From Pseudomonadota bacterium (GTDB lineage Bacteria > Bdellovibrionota > FAC87 > UBA2466): a stretch of 28,481 nt of DNA. A program made the position numbers and the translations under genes. Below, one piece after another: positions 16,673 through 24,852 of this stretch. Each line of letters begins with the position of its first letter. Within the stretch, counting starts at the first letter, position 1. Below the pieces are notes generated by a model that saw nothing but the letters and a program-made list of their open reading frames with translations, did no database searches and was not told the origin of the DNA. The stretch is taken from assembly GCA_043718025.1 (NCBI GenBank), contig JAYSWN010000115.1, positions 1 through 28,481 on the forward strand. Direction: 5' to 3'.

Positions 16673-18658
16673 TCAGTCGTTGATTGGCGACGCGTGGCTT
16701 CGGCCGGCGCTACGTAGCGGCGGTGCCGTTTCGCCGCGCAATGCGGGAGCTATCGCTCTGGTTAGCGGGGCTTTCATGATCAAGGCTAACTCATCGGCAA
16801 TTACCACGGCTTCATCGACTTGCTGCGCTTCCAGCTCTTTTTTTACGTCGATAGCGGGAGATTTAGAAACGATTTTGCGCAGGGCTTGCAACTGGGCATC
16901 CAAGATTGTGCCGGTCGAATCACTATTCTCCGTCGCCACCTCTTCGTCTTTAAAGAAAGATTTAGTGTCTGAGAAATGAGGCGGGTTTTGAAATTCGGCT
17001 TCCACGCCGCCATCGTTGCGGGCCGAATTAAGAATGATGTCGGTCTTGACGCCACGGCTGGCCGGAGTGTGCCCCTTGGGCGAATAGAAAACACTGGTGG
17101 TCAGTTTAATGGCGGCGCCCTGAAAGACTTCACCCGCCGCGCCGCTCATCGAAATTTCGGTTAATGGAATTAATTTCTGCACGGTCCCTTTTCCGTAAGT
17201 GCGATCGGAACCAATCAGAACGGCCCGCTTGTGATCCTTTAGCGAGCCGGCCAACACTTCGGCGGCGCTGGCGCTGCCGCGATCTACCAACGCCACTAAA
17301 GGGCCGTGGTAAAGAGCTTCATGCTTGGTTCCCCAATGCACGCGATTGCGCTCAGTTTCACGTAAACCCACCACCGGTTTGGTACCCAAGAACAAAGATG
17401 CCATTTGAATGGACTCTTCGAGGTAGCCGCCGGGGTTGCCGCGTAGATCGAGTACAACGCCGCCAAGTTTAATTTTTTTAGAGTCGTGCTTGGCGAGAAG
17501 CTCGCGCAGTACGGATTCGAGATCTTCTGAGCTGCTGCTTTCGGTTTGGTTTTCTGGGCTTCGGCCGTAAAACGAGGGGATCGAAATCACCGCAATTTGG
17601 CTTCCCTGATTTCCGGTGTTGCGCAGTTCATATTCAATCTTTGACTCTTCGGGCGAAAAGCGCTGCCGGTGCAACGTAACGGTTTTACACTTTTTAACTC
17701 GACAAAAACGCAGGGTAAGGGCGCTGCCTTCGCGTCCCGAAAGCAAACGGCGCGAGATAGCTCCGGTGAGGTGCGATAACGCCAGGCCATCGATATGGGT
17801 CAGCAAGTCTTCTGCCTTCAAAACTTTTGCCGCCGGGGTCTTGGGTAGCACTTTCTGAATCCACAGCCCTTCGGGCGTGCGTACCGCTTGAATGCCAACG
17901 CCGGTAGTTTCTCCGGCCAGCTCCTGCGAGAAGTCAGCGAATTCAGAGGGCGAGAAATACGCCGAAAAGGGGTCTTTTGCCGATAGGTAGGCTTTAGTCA
18001 GTAGCGTTTCAGGCTCAATGAAAGTAGGTACCGCCATCTCTTCAATCGTAAACTCAACATATTTCAGGCGATTTTCTTGAAAGACTTTGAGCACTTTTGC
18101 GTCGGCGGCGCCGAGAATGAGCGAAGAAATTTCAAACACTCGCCGTTTCCACTCTTTTTCGCTAAGCGCGAATTGAATGGGGCGAGCCACGATTAGGTCT
18201 TTTGCCGTCCCCAATTTTATCGACGAATACCGCCCCGAATCGCGCGCAATTTCGCTGCGCAATCGATCTAAAGCGTGCTGCCACAGTGGTTTAATCAGGG
18301 CACTGAACCAGCCGCAATCATGCCCGTCGATGAACGACGACCAGTTTTTTTGCGCGTGGGCCACCGTTAAGTTTATGTCTTGTTGAAGAAATAGCACCCG
18401 GTACGGGTCCATGATTTCGAGCGTTCGGCTGGCCCAAATCGCGGGGGTATCTTGTCCTCGCAAAGCGATTTGATTTTGAAAATGGGGAAGGTTTGGCAGG
18501 GTTTCTACCAAGCCAAAAATCGCTTCACATTTACGCGTTGATTCGGTGGAAGCGTTCTTTAGGGGCCTATAAAGGTAGAAGCCTAGTACGAGCACCAGCG
18601 AGCTAACCAAGATTGCGATGAATAGGCGAATTCGACGTAGCCACAGAACTTCTGACAC
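16673..18658 (-). CDS. Carboxyl-terminal processing protease, S41A family (Prc/CtpA-like) with PDZ domain
   Basis: DPFSAYF, PDZ GVGI...TPAAK, LDLRGNPGG, catalytic SASAAE and GKGTVQ; N-terminal membrane anchor. Confidence 0.93.
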   Translation of the reverse strand: MSEVLWLRRIRLFIAILVSSLVLVLGFYLYRPLKNASTESTRKCEAIFGLVETLPNLPHFQNQIALRGQDTPAIWASRTLEIMDPYRVLFLQQDINLTVAHAQKNWSSFIDGHDCGWFSALIKPLWQHALDRLRSEIARDSGRYSSIKLGTAKDLIVARPIQFALSEKEWKRRVFEISSLILGAADAKVLKVFQENRLKYVEFTIEEMAVPTFIEPETLLTKAYLSAKDPFSAYFSPSEFADFSQELAGETTGVGIQAVRTPEGLWIQKVLPKTPAAKVLKAEDLLTHIDGLALSHLTGAISRRLLSGREGSALTLRFCRVKKCKTVTLHRQRFSPEESKIEYELRNTGNQGSQIAVISIPSFYGRSPENQTESSSSEDLESVLRELLAKHDSKKIKLGGVVLDLRGNPGGYLEESIQMASLFLGTKPVVGLRETERNRVHWGTKHEALYHGPLVALVDRGSASAAEVLAGSLKDHKRAVLIGSDRTYGKGTVQKLIPLTEISMSGAAGEVFQGAAIKLTTSVFYSPKGHTPASRGVKTDIILNSARNDGGVEAEFQNPPHFSDTKSFFKDEEVATENSDSTGTILDAQLQALRKIVSKSPAIDVKKELEAQQVDEAVVIADELALIMKAPLTRAIAPALRGETAPPLRSAGRSHASPIND

Positions 18659-18760
18659 GCGCTAACCCCCAAATGAAAAATGACAAAAACTTTGGCGAAA
18701 TAAATTTTGGTGCTTTGAACTGCTAAAGGATGACGCGGAGTGTAACATAATCAGACAGTC

Positions 18761-18831
18761 AAAATCCAAGAAAATCCAAGCTTTTGCCGGTGACGTATTC
18801 CGCCTGTATTAACCCTCGACAAAAATTGTCG
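18761..18831. promoter_or_regulatory. Candidate regulator sites in the protease/flp divergent intergenic region
   Basis: Tandem AAAATCCAAG x2 (18761-18780) and perfect inverted repeat CGACAA-AAA-TTGTCG (18817-18831). Confidence 0.45.
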
Positions 18832-18938
18832 CAACCCCCCGGCCGAAGCTGTCGATTTTTAAGTGATTTAGACTCAATTTGTAGAATTAGTATACACATT
18901 AAGATGAGTGATTTCATGGTGTTAGGATATGACGCACT

Positions 18939-18967
18939 TTGACTAAAAACGCTGTCGTAGGTAGACT
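18939..18967 (+). promoter_or_regulatory. Sigma70-type promoter of the flp/tad operon
   Basis: TTGACT (18939-18944), 17-nt spacer, TAGACT (18962-18967), ~55 nt before the flp start. Confidence 0.6.
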
Positions 18968-19022
18968 TTATAAAGCAGCACGTCATGTCACTTTTTATAC
19001 GAACATCTTTGGAGGACATCTC

Positions 19023-19217
19023 ATGATTCGCTTATTTATTAACGAAGAAGAAGGACAAACCACGGTTGAGTATTTGCTCATTATCGCGGTGGTCGTAGTC
19101 GCTATCAGCGTACTTGGTGCCGGCGTGAAAAAGAACATCGGCGGCGTGGTCGAACAGGTCTTTAAAGGCGTGAACGACAAAGTTAAGCAGTTGATGAGCG
19201 CCAGCTTAGCACCCTAA
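19023..19217 (+). CDS. flp: Flp family type IVc (Tad) pilin, probable major pilin
   Basis: MIRLFINEEEG|QTTVEYLLIIAVVVVAI (Flp motif); RBS GGAGG 19011-19015. Confidence 0.92.
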   Translation: MIRLFINEEEGQTTVEYLLIIAVVVVAISVLGAGVKKNIGGVVEQVFKGVNDKVKQLMSASLAP

Positions 19218-19234
19218 GGGTTGAGGAATTGGGA

Positions 19235-19438
19235 ATGGGAAAAACCTTAAGCCGTCGCAGGAAGCGCTCACTCGGTCAAGGAACCGTGGAGTACATCTTG
19301 ATGATTGCTTTCGGAGCTGTCTTTGCTCTCCAGATTGCGAAGTATTTTAACGATATCTTCCGCGACGGATTAAACGGTTTGGAAGGCAACATCCAGACTG
19401 AAATGAAGACAGGAAATGGTTTTGGTCAGTCCCCATAA
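19235..19438 (+). CDS. Second Flp-like pilin
   Basis: RRRKRSLG|QGTVEYILMIAFGAVF; RBS GAGGA 19223-19227. Confidence 0.85.
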   Translation: MGKTLSRRRKRSLGQGTVEYILMIAFGAVFALQIAKYFNDIFRDGLNGLEGNIQTEMKTGNGFGQSP

Positions 19439-19505
19439 TTCGCCCCTACCTATTTTGCATTAGTTTTTTTAGGCTTCGTCCGTTTCGCATTGAATAGAGG
19501 TACGT

Positions 19506-20033
19506 ATGCCCCAAGACGGATCCTTGAGCGGCGTCTTCGCGGGAGTGCTTTGGGCACTCTTCGGCATTGCTACGGTTACTGATCTGATGAGGGGAAAGAT
19601 CTACAACACCCTCACCTTCAGTTTTCTCGTGGCGGGATTTGGCGCGCGTTTATATATTTCGGGTTGGGGAGGAGGGCGCGAAGCCCTCTTCTCTTTCTTT
19701 ATTTCCTTCCTGCTTTATTTCCCCCTCTGGAGATTAAAAGTTTTGGCCGCCGGCGATGTGAAGTTGCTGATGGCCGCCTCGCCTTGGTTGGCTACGCCGG
19801 AGCTGATTCGCCTCGCGGTGCTTTCTATTTTAGTGGGCGCCGTGGTTGGACTGGTGGTGCGTTTGGAAAAATCTTTTCGTCAGCGCAACATCAAGACCGA
19901 ATCCGCCGCGCCCAAGCTGCTGCGCATGCCTTTCGCGCCAGCGTTTCTTTGCGCTTTTATTCTGATGCAGATTGCGCAAATGAACCACACCGGAGTCGCC
20001 GGACGATTTTTGGGGAGTATTACACCTTGGTAA
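19506..20033 (+). CDS. cpaA: Prepilin peptidase, A24 family (TadV/CpaA)
   Basis: TDLMRGKIYN and AAGDVKL (two catalytic Asp), MPFAPAF, several TM helices, no methylase domain. Confidence 0.92.
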   Translation: MPQDGSLSGVFAGVLWALFGIATVTDLMRGKIYNTLTFSFLVAGFGARLYISGWGGGREALFSFFISFLLYFPLWRLKVLAAGDVKLLMAASPWLATPELIRLAVLSILVGAVVGLVVRLEKSFRQRNIKTESAAPKLLRMPFAPAFLCAFILMQIAQMNHTGVAGRFLGSITPW

Positions 20034-20296
20034 AGGGCAAAAAATTATGGCGCCGAATAAAGTATAACGCCGGTCAAACCACGGTGGAATATTTGATGCT
20101 GATCGCTTTGGCGGCAACGTCGGCCGTTTTTGTCATCACCGGCCCGGTAAAGAATTTTACGAATATTATCGTGGCCACGTTTCGCAGTACGCTGGCCAAC
20201 GTAGTGCAGAATGGCGAGCTGTTGCCGGGAGATACCACTGCCCCCGGTGAACCCGGTCATCCTTCGTCGGCCGCTCACGCAAAGAGGTTGCACTGA
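20027..20296 (+). CDS. Third Flp/TadE-like pilin
   Basis: 3' part of ORF 19664-20296. TTG at 20027 after GGGGAG gives VKGKKLWRRIKYNAG|QTTVEYLMLIALAATSAVFVI. Confidence 0.8.
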   Translation: MVKGKKLWRRIKYNAGQTTVEYLMLIALAATSAVFVITGPVKNFTNIIVATFRSTLANVVQNGELLPGDTTAPGEPGHPSSAAHAKRLH

Positions 20297-20928
20297 TGTT
20301 GCCAACTTTGGAACAACTTGTGAAGTGGGTAAAGGAGCGCATGCCTTTGCCATTGCGCAAACCGGTACAGGTGAAGGCAAGGCGCCCGCCATTTGGCCTG
20401 CGCAGAACTGACTCAGGGCAGGCGGCCATCGAATTCATGATGATCATCGTCGTGCTATTTTTCTTTCTGTTCCTGCTCCTTAGCATTTCAATCGTGATCG
20501 TGGTCAGCGAGTACATAGAGTACGCCACGTTTATGGGGGCCCGAACCTATAAGTCCGGTTTTAGTAGCGAACGCACGCAGCGTGAAAATGCGAATACGGT
20601 TTTTCAAAAGTATTTTTCGAATGTGCAAGGCATCGCGCGAAATCCTAAGGTCGAATTTCGACGCGTTGACGACAACAACGAACAGACGGCCGGAATGCTG
20701 GTCAGCTACAACATGGACCTGTTTTACCTGCCCCCGCTTTTTGGTCCGGGTAACACACCGCCCAGTCGCGTTTCGTTAGTGAGTGAGACGCATTTAGGAC
20801 GCGATCCGTCATTTGATGAAGTCTGCAATCCCGAAGGGGGCAGCTTCTTCTTTAACCTACTCAGTGGAGTAGGGGGGTTAACGAATATCCCCACTTTTGC
20901 CGAACAGATGGATGACAATGGCTGCTAA
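20296..20928 (+). CDS. TadE-like minor pilin
   Basis: RRTDSG|QAAIEFMMIIVVLFFFLF and YATFMGAR (TadE-like); TGATG coupling. Confidence 0.85.
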   Translation: MLPTLEQLVKWVKERMPLPLRKPVQVKARRPPFGLRRTDSGQAAIEFMMIIVVLFFFLFLLLSISIVIVVSEYIEYATFMGARTYKSGFSSERTQRENANTVFQKYFSNVQGIARNPKVEFRRVDDNNEQTAGMLVSYNMDLFYLPPLFGPGNTPPSRVSLVSETHLGRDPSFDEVCNPEGGSFFFNLLSGVGGLTNIPTFAEQMDDNGC

Positions 20929-21307
20929 TACTAAAAAAATGATTCGACGCGTTATGCCTTGTGGCATTTTGCGAGGCAAACCGCGCGGGCAGGCTACGAT
21001 CGAATTGGCGCTATCGTTGCCGTTTTTGATTTGGCTTATCTCTTATACTTTCAACGCCTACTACATGATGCACACCTCGCACGTTGGACAAAAATACGCG
21101 GCGATGCACCTTTATAAAAGTTTGAATAACCGGGCCCAGTTTGTGGTCGATGGCGCCGACCCAGCTAATCCTTACGTCCACGGCAAAAAATTTATGGCTA
21201 TTCAGTATATCGACAGCTCAGGCGAGGTGCCAAAGCGTCGAATTTTGTTTGCTCCCCGGCCAATTACGAATGTGGTGGGGATTTGCCGCGAGCCTGATTG
21301 TAAGTAA
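20918..21307 (+). CDS. TadE-like minor pilin
   Basis: KPRG|QATIELALSLPFLIWLI; C-terminal Cys pair. Start uncertain (20897-20940). Confidence 0.8.
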   Translation: MAANTKKMIRRVMPCGILRGKPRGQATIELALSLPFLIWLISYTFNAYYMMHTSHVGQKYAAMHLYKSLNNRAQFVVDGADPANPYVHGKKFMAIQYIDSSGEVPKRRILFAPRPITNVVGICREPDCK

Positions 21308-21336
21308 ACCGTCCGCTTAGGGGGAACTAAAGGGGT

Positions 21337-22260
21337 ATGGAAAACAAACGCGCCATTATCATCGCGCTGATCTGTTTTCTGATCTCGATGCTGCTCGTTT
21401 CCGCGTACACGAAAGTGCGACGCCACGAGTTGACGTCTGAGTTCGGAGAAGAGGTTTCGGTGGTTGTCGCCGCCAGTGATATTGGCGAGTACAGCGTGAT
21501 CCGCGGTGGTCAACTCACGACCAAAATGATCTTTAAAAAATTTCGTCAACCCAACACCGCCGAAAGCTTCGAAGACATTGTCGGTAAATCGACCTACGTA
21601 CCAATCTACGCCGGTGAACAAGTAACTTTTACCAAGCTGGTGCATCAAGACGGGCGTCCGGTGCTCGACCGCCAGGTGGAAAAAAAGATGCGCGCCGTTA
21701 CCGTGCCGATCACGCCGCAATCTGGGGTGGGCCGTTTGATTCGACCGGGTAACCGCGTGGATATCATGGCGTCGGTGAATTACGACCAAGACGGCACCAC
21801 TATTTTTGAAATCAAAACCTTGGTGCAGAACGCTTTGGTTCTGGCCACGGGTAAAAATTTACAAAACGCCGTTCCCACCCGCGTTTCACGCGACGTGCTG
21901 AACTATTTCGAAGAGCAGTTCGAATCCAGGCGACGAAAAGATTTTAGTACCGCCAGCATGGAGTCATTGGCCACCGGGCGCCCCGATGACAACTACTCAA
22001 ATCTTACCTTGCAGCTATCCCCTGAAGACTCCGAGCGCATGCTTTTTCTTTCACACGCTTTGGGCGACTCACGTATCTATTTTACGTTACGAAACAGCGC
22101 CGATCAGGGAACGGAAAAGCTAGAGACTACGATTTTGGATGATGTTCTAGGACCGGAGAGCGACTACGGCGTCAGTAAGCGAAAACCGCCGCCCGCGCCT
22201 CCACCTCGACCGCCGCGGTTTCGCGACAGTGTTGGGGGGAGTCCGGTCGATGTCTATTAA
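21337..22260 (+). CDS. cpaB: Flp pilus assembly protein CpaB/RcpC (copy 1)
   Basis: N-terminal TM, SAF-like VVVAASDI, RAVTVPI...GVGRLIRPGNRVDI, VQNALVLATG. Confidence 0.92.
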   Translation: MENKRAIIIALICFLISMLLVSAYTKVRRHELTSEFGEEVSVVVAASDIGEYSVIRGGQLTTKMIFKKFRQPNTAESFEDIVGKSTYVPIYAGEQVTFTKLVHQDGRPVLDRQVEKKMRAVTVPITPQSGVGRLIRPGNRVDIMASVNYDQDGTTIFEIKTLVQNALVLATGKNLQNAVPTRVSRDVLNYFEEQFESRRRKDFSTASMESLATGRPDDNYSNLTLQLSPEDSERMLFLSHALGDSRIYFTLRNSADQGTEKLETTILDDVLGPESDYGVSKRKPPPAPPPRPPRFRDSVGGSPVDVY

Positions 22261-22290
22261 ATGTATTTGAGAGGTTAGAAAAAGAGAACT

Positions 22291-23205
22291 ATGGATAGCC
22301 GAGCGCTAATATTTTCAGTGATGTTGTCGTCACTTGCCATGTACTTGGTATGGCAAACTATCTCGACTGACGCCGCTCGCCTAGAATATCTGTACGGGCC
22401 CGCCAAGTCTCAAGCCATCATTGTGGCCACTCGCGATGTGCTTCAGTTTGAATCGATTCGCCCCACCGACATCGAAACCGTCACCGTGCCCTACGACATG
22501 ATTCCGCCCGGCTACATTGCCAATCCTAAAGACGTGATTGATGCGGTGGCGGCCGTGCCCATCGCCAAGGGTGAGCAGGTGCTAGATAACAAAATTATCT
22601 CGCGCAATATCTATTCTGGTTTAGACACGCAAATTGGCACGGGTAAGCGCGCCATTAGCATTCCGGTCAACGTGAAAAGTAGCTTGGGTTTCAATATTCG
22701 GCCCGGCAACCGAGTTGATCTCGCGGCTCACTTTGAGTACCGCGCCGGCGGCACAAATATTTCCGAAGTAAAAGTCTTTATGCAGGATATTTTGGTGTTG
22801 GCGAGTGGCCGAACCATTCAGCCTGAACCTCCCAAAGCGGTGGACCAGCGAATGATTCAAGACGCCATTGCCACGCAGACTATTCGTGACCCCCGAGAAG
22901 TCGAAGAGTCGCTAAATCACGCCAAGCAAGACGCTAACTTCAATAACATCTCTTTAGAAGTCACCCCAGTTCAGGCACAAACAATTTTTTATGTGCTTTC
23001 AGTTTACGGCGAGTCGATCACCGTGATGCTTCGTCATGCCGACGACCGGCAATTGGCGCGCAATGGCACCACTAATCTAATCGAGATTATGGGCCCCGAC
23101 TCGTACATGGTTCGAGGTAAAAAAATAGCTCCACCCCGCGCAGTCCCACGAGCTAAATTTTTCGACTACTTAGGTGGTGAAAGATCGCCCGTGACTCAAC
23201 AGTAG
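22291..23205 (+). CDS. cpaB: Flp pilus assembly protein CpaB/RcpC (copy 2)
   Basis: IIVATRDV, KRAISIPV...IRPGNRVDL, MQDILVLASG, SLEVTPVQA. Confidence 0.9.
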   Translation: MDSRALIFSVMLSSLAMYLVWQTISTDAARLEYLYGPAKSQAIIVATRDVLQFESIRPTDIETVTVPYDMIPPGYIANPKDVIDAVAAVPIAKGEQVLDNKIISRNIYSGLDTQIGTGKRAISIPVNVKSSLGFNIRPGNRVDLAAHFEYRAGGTNISEVKVFMQDILVLASGRTIQPEPPKAVDQRMIQDAIATQTIRDPREVEESLNHAKQDANFNNISLEVTPVQAQTIFYVLSVYGESITVMLRHADDRQLARNGTTNLIEIMGPDSYMVRGKKIAPPRAVPRAKFFDYLGGERSPVTQQ

Positions 23206-23214
23206 GTAAAAAAA

Positions 23215-24846
23215 ATGGTGGATCTGAAATTGAAAATGTTGCGGCATAAAACGGGAAAACGTACTTGGTTTTTTATCGCGGTGATCTGCCTTTTGGTAAC
23301 TGGCGTGAACCCTTGCTTCGCCGCCGACGAAGAGGGTGAAGACAAAGACAAAGCCGAGCCGGTGAAGGTCATCAAAGGGCGTGAAAAAAGCCTCACCATT
23401 CCGTTGGGGATTTCAAAAACTCTCGAATTCAATTTTGAAATTGGCCCGGTGTATCTAACTGACGGTGGCGTGATTAGCTTTCAGCGGATACAGGACGGCT
23501 CCGACAAAATTAAAAAACTGCTACTCATTCCCAAGAACTCAGGTTCTACGGACATGACCATCTTCGACGCTAACGGGGCGCCCCGCATCACCTACCTCGT
23601 GCGCGTAACCCGAGAAGACATTGGTCAACTCATTGGCCAGCTCGAAGAACTTCTGGGCGACATCGAAGGATTAAAGTTCAAGTCTTTGGCCGGAACGATC
23701 ATTCTCGACGGTGAGATTCTCTTGCCGCGAGACATGATTCGGATCTTCCGCGTGATTGAAGCGATGAAAGACACTCGCGACCAGAAAAAGCGTGAGGTGC
23801 CAATTCGTAACTTGAGCACCATTAGCAAGTTGACCATGAACATTCTCGCCGAACGCATTGAGCGCGAAATTGGATCTCCGGAAATTACCGCCCGGGTGGT
23901 GAACAACAATATTTTCTTAGAAGGCACGGCCGACGGTCCATTTGAAGCCGATCGGGCCATCGAAATTGCGCGAACGTACTTGCCCGAAGTCTTTGCCGAG
24001 CGCACCAAAGGTGAAGGCGGCGAAGTGAAGCCTAAACAGGTGGGCGGCATCGGCGGCGGTATTCCTGGGATTGTTGACTTGCTTCGTTTGCGGCCGCCGA
24101 CGGCGAGTCCTCCGGCCCAAGACATCAAAATCACCATGAACTTCGTAGAGCTTTCCAACGACTACTCTCGTAACTTCAACTTTGAATGGCGCCCACTGGC
24201 TACCGACCAAAGCCAGGTGAAGTACGACACCAATGCCGGCGAGTTAAGCGCAAGCATTATCGCTACGGTGAGTTCTCTCCTGCCAAAACTATTCACCGCC
24301 CGAGATCACGGTCACGCGCGGATTCTTAAGCAGCAGCAGATTATCGTGAAAGACAAAGGCGATCTGGCCATCGTTGACAGCTCGACAGAAATTTACACGC
24401 GGACGGTAGATGACAAAGGCAACTCCTCCTTCTTACCGATCACGATCAGAAATCGTACGGCGGTAAGGGCGGCTACGATTTCCGGAAGCGATAGCATTGA
24501 ATTGGGATTGCAGATTGAGTTGTCGGCTCCGGCCGGTGCGCCCGTTGCCGGTGCCCCGCCGTCAATCACTCGCAATATAATGCAGACCCAGGTCATTATT
24601 AAAAATGGTGAGTCTGCGGCGCTCGGCGGCAATGCCGTGGATCAGTCGCTCAGCAATTACAATAAGCAACCTGGCGGCGCTCAGGGTGCCGGTTCAACGC
24701 CGCTGTTCAATTTGCAGCGTTCGAAGAGTTTCATAAGAAATAAAACCCAATACATTATTTTCGTGACTCCAGAAGTGATTCGGACGGCGAGTGCCGCAAC
24801 CGAAGACATGACCCGAAAATTCCGCTTAAATGCGGGTGAGCGTTAA
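23215..24846 (+). CDS. cpaC: Tad secretin CpaC/RcpA with BON-like domain
   Basis: Signal peptide, pilus-formation N domain (LLLIPKNSGSTDMTIFD), BON-like IFLEGTAD, secretin C-terminus QTQVIIKNGESAALGG...LF...YIIFVTPEVI. Confidence 0.88.
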   Translation: MVDLKLKMLRHKTGKRTWFFIAVICLLVTGVNPCFAADEEGEDKDKAEPVKVIKGREKSLTIPLGISKTLEFNFEIGPVYLTDGGVISFQRIQDGSDKIKKLLLIPKNSGSTDMTIFDANGAPRITYLVRVTREDIGQLIGQLEELLGDIEGLKFKSLAGTIILDGEILLPRDMIRIFRVIEAMKDTRDQKKREVPIRNLSTISKLTMNILAERIEREIGSPEITARVVNNNIFLEGTADGPFEADRAIEIARTYLPEVFAERTKGEGGEVKPKQVGGIGGGIPGIVDLLRLRPPTASPPAQDIKITMNFVELSNDYSRNFNFEWRPLATDQSQVKYDTNAGELSASIIATVSSLLPKLFTARDHGHARILKQQQIIVKDKGDLAIVDSSTEIYTRTVDDKGNSSFLPITIRNRTAVRAATISGSDSIELGLQIELSAPAGAPVAGAPPSITRNIMQTQVIIKNGESAALGGNAVDQSLSNYNKQPGGAQGAGSTPLFNLQRSKSFIRNKTQYIIFVTPEVIRTASAATEDMTRKFRLNAGER

Positions 24847-24852
24847 AAAGAA

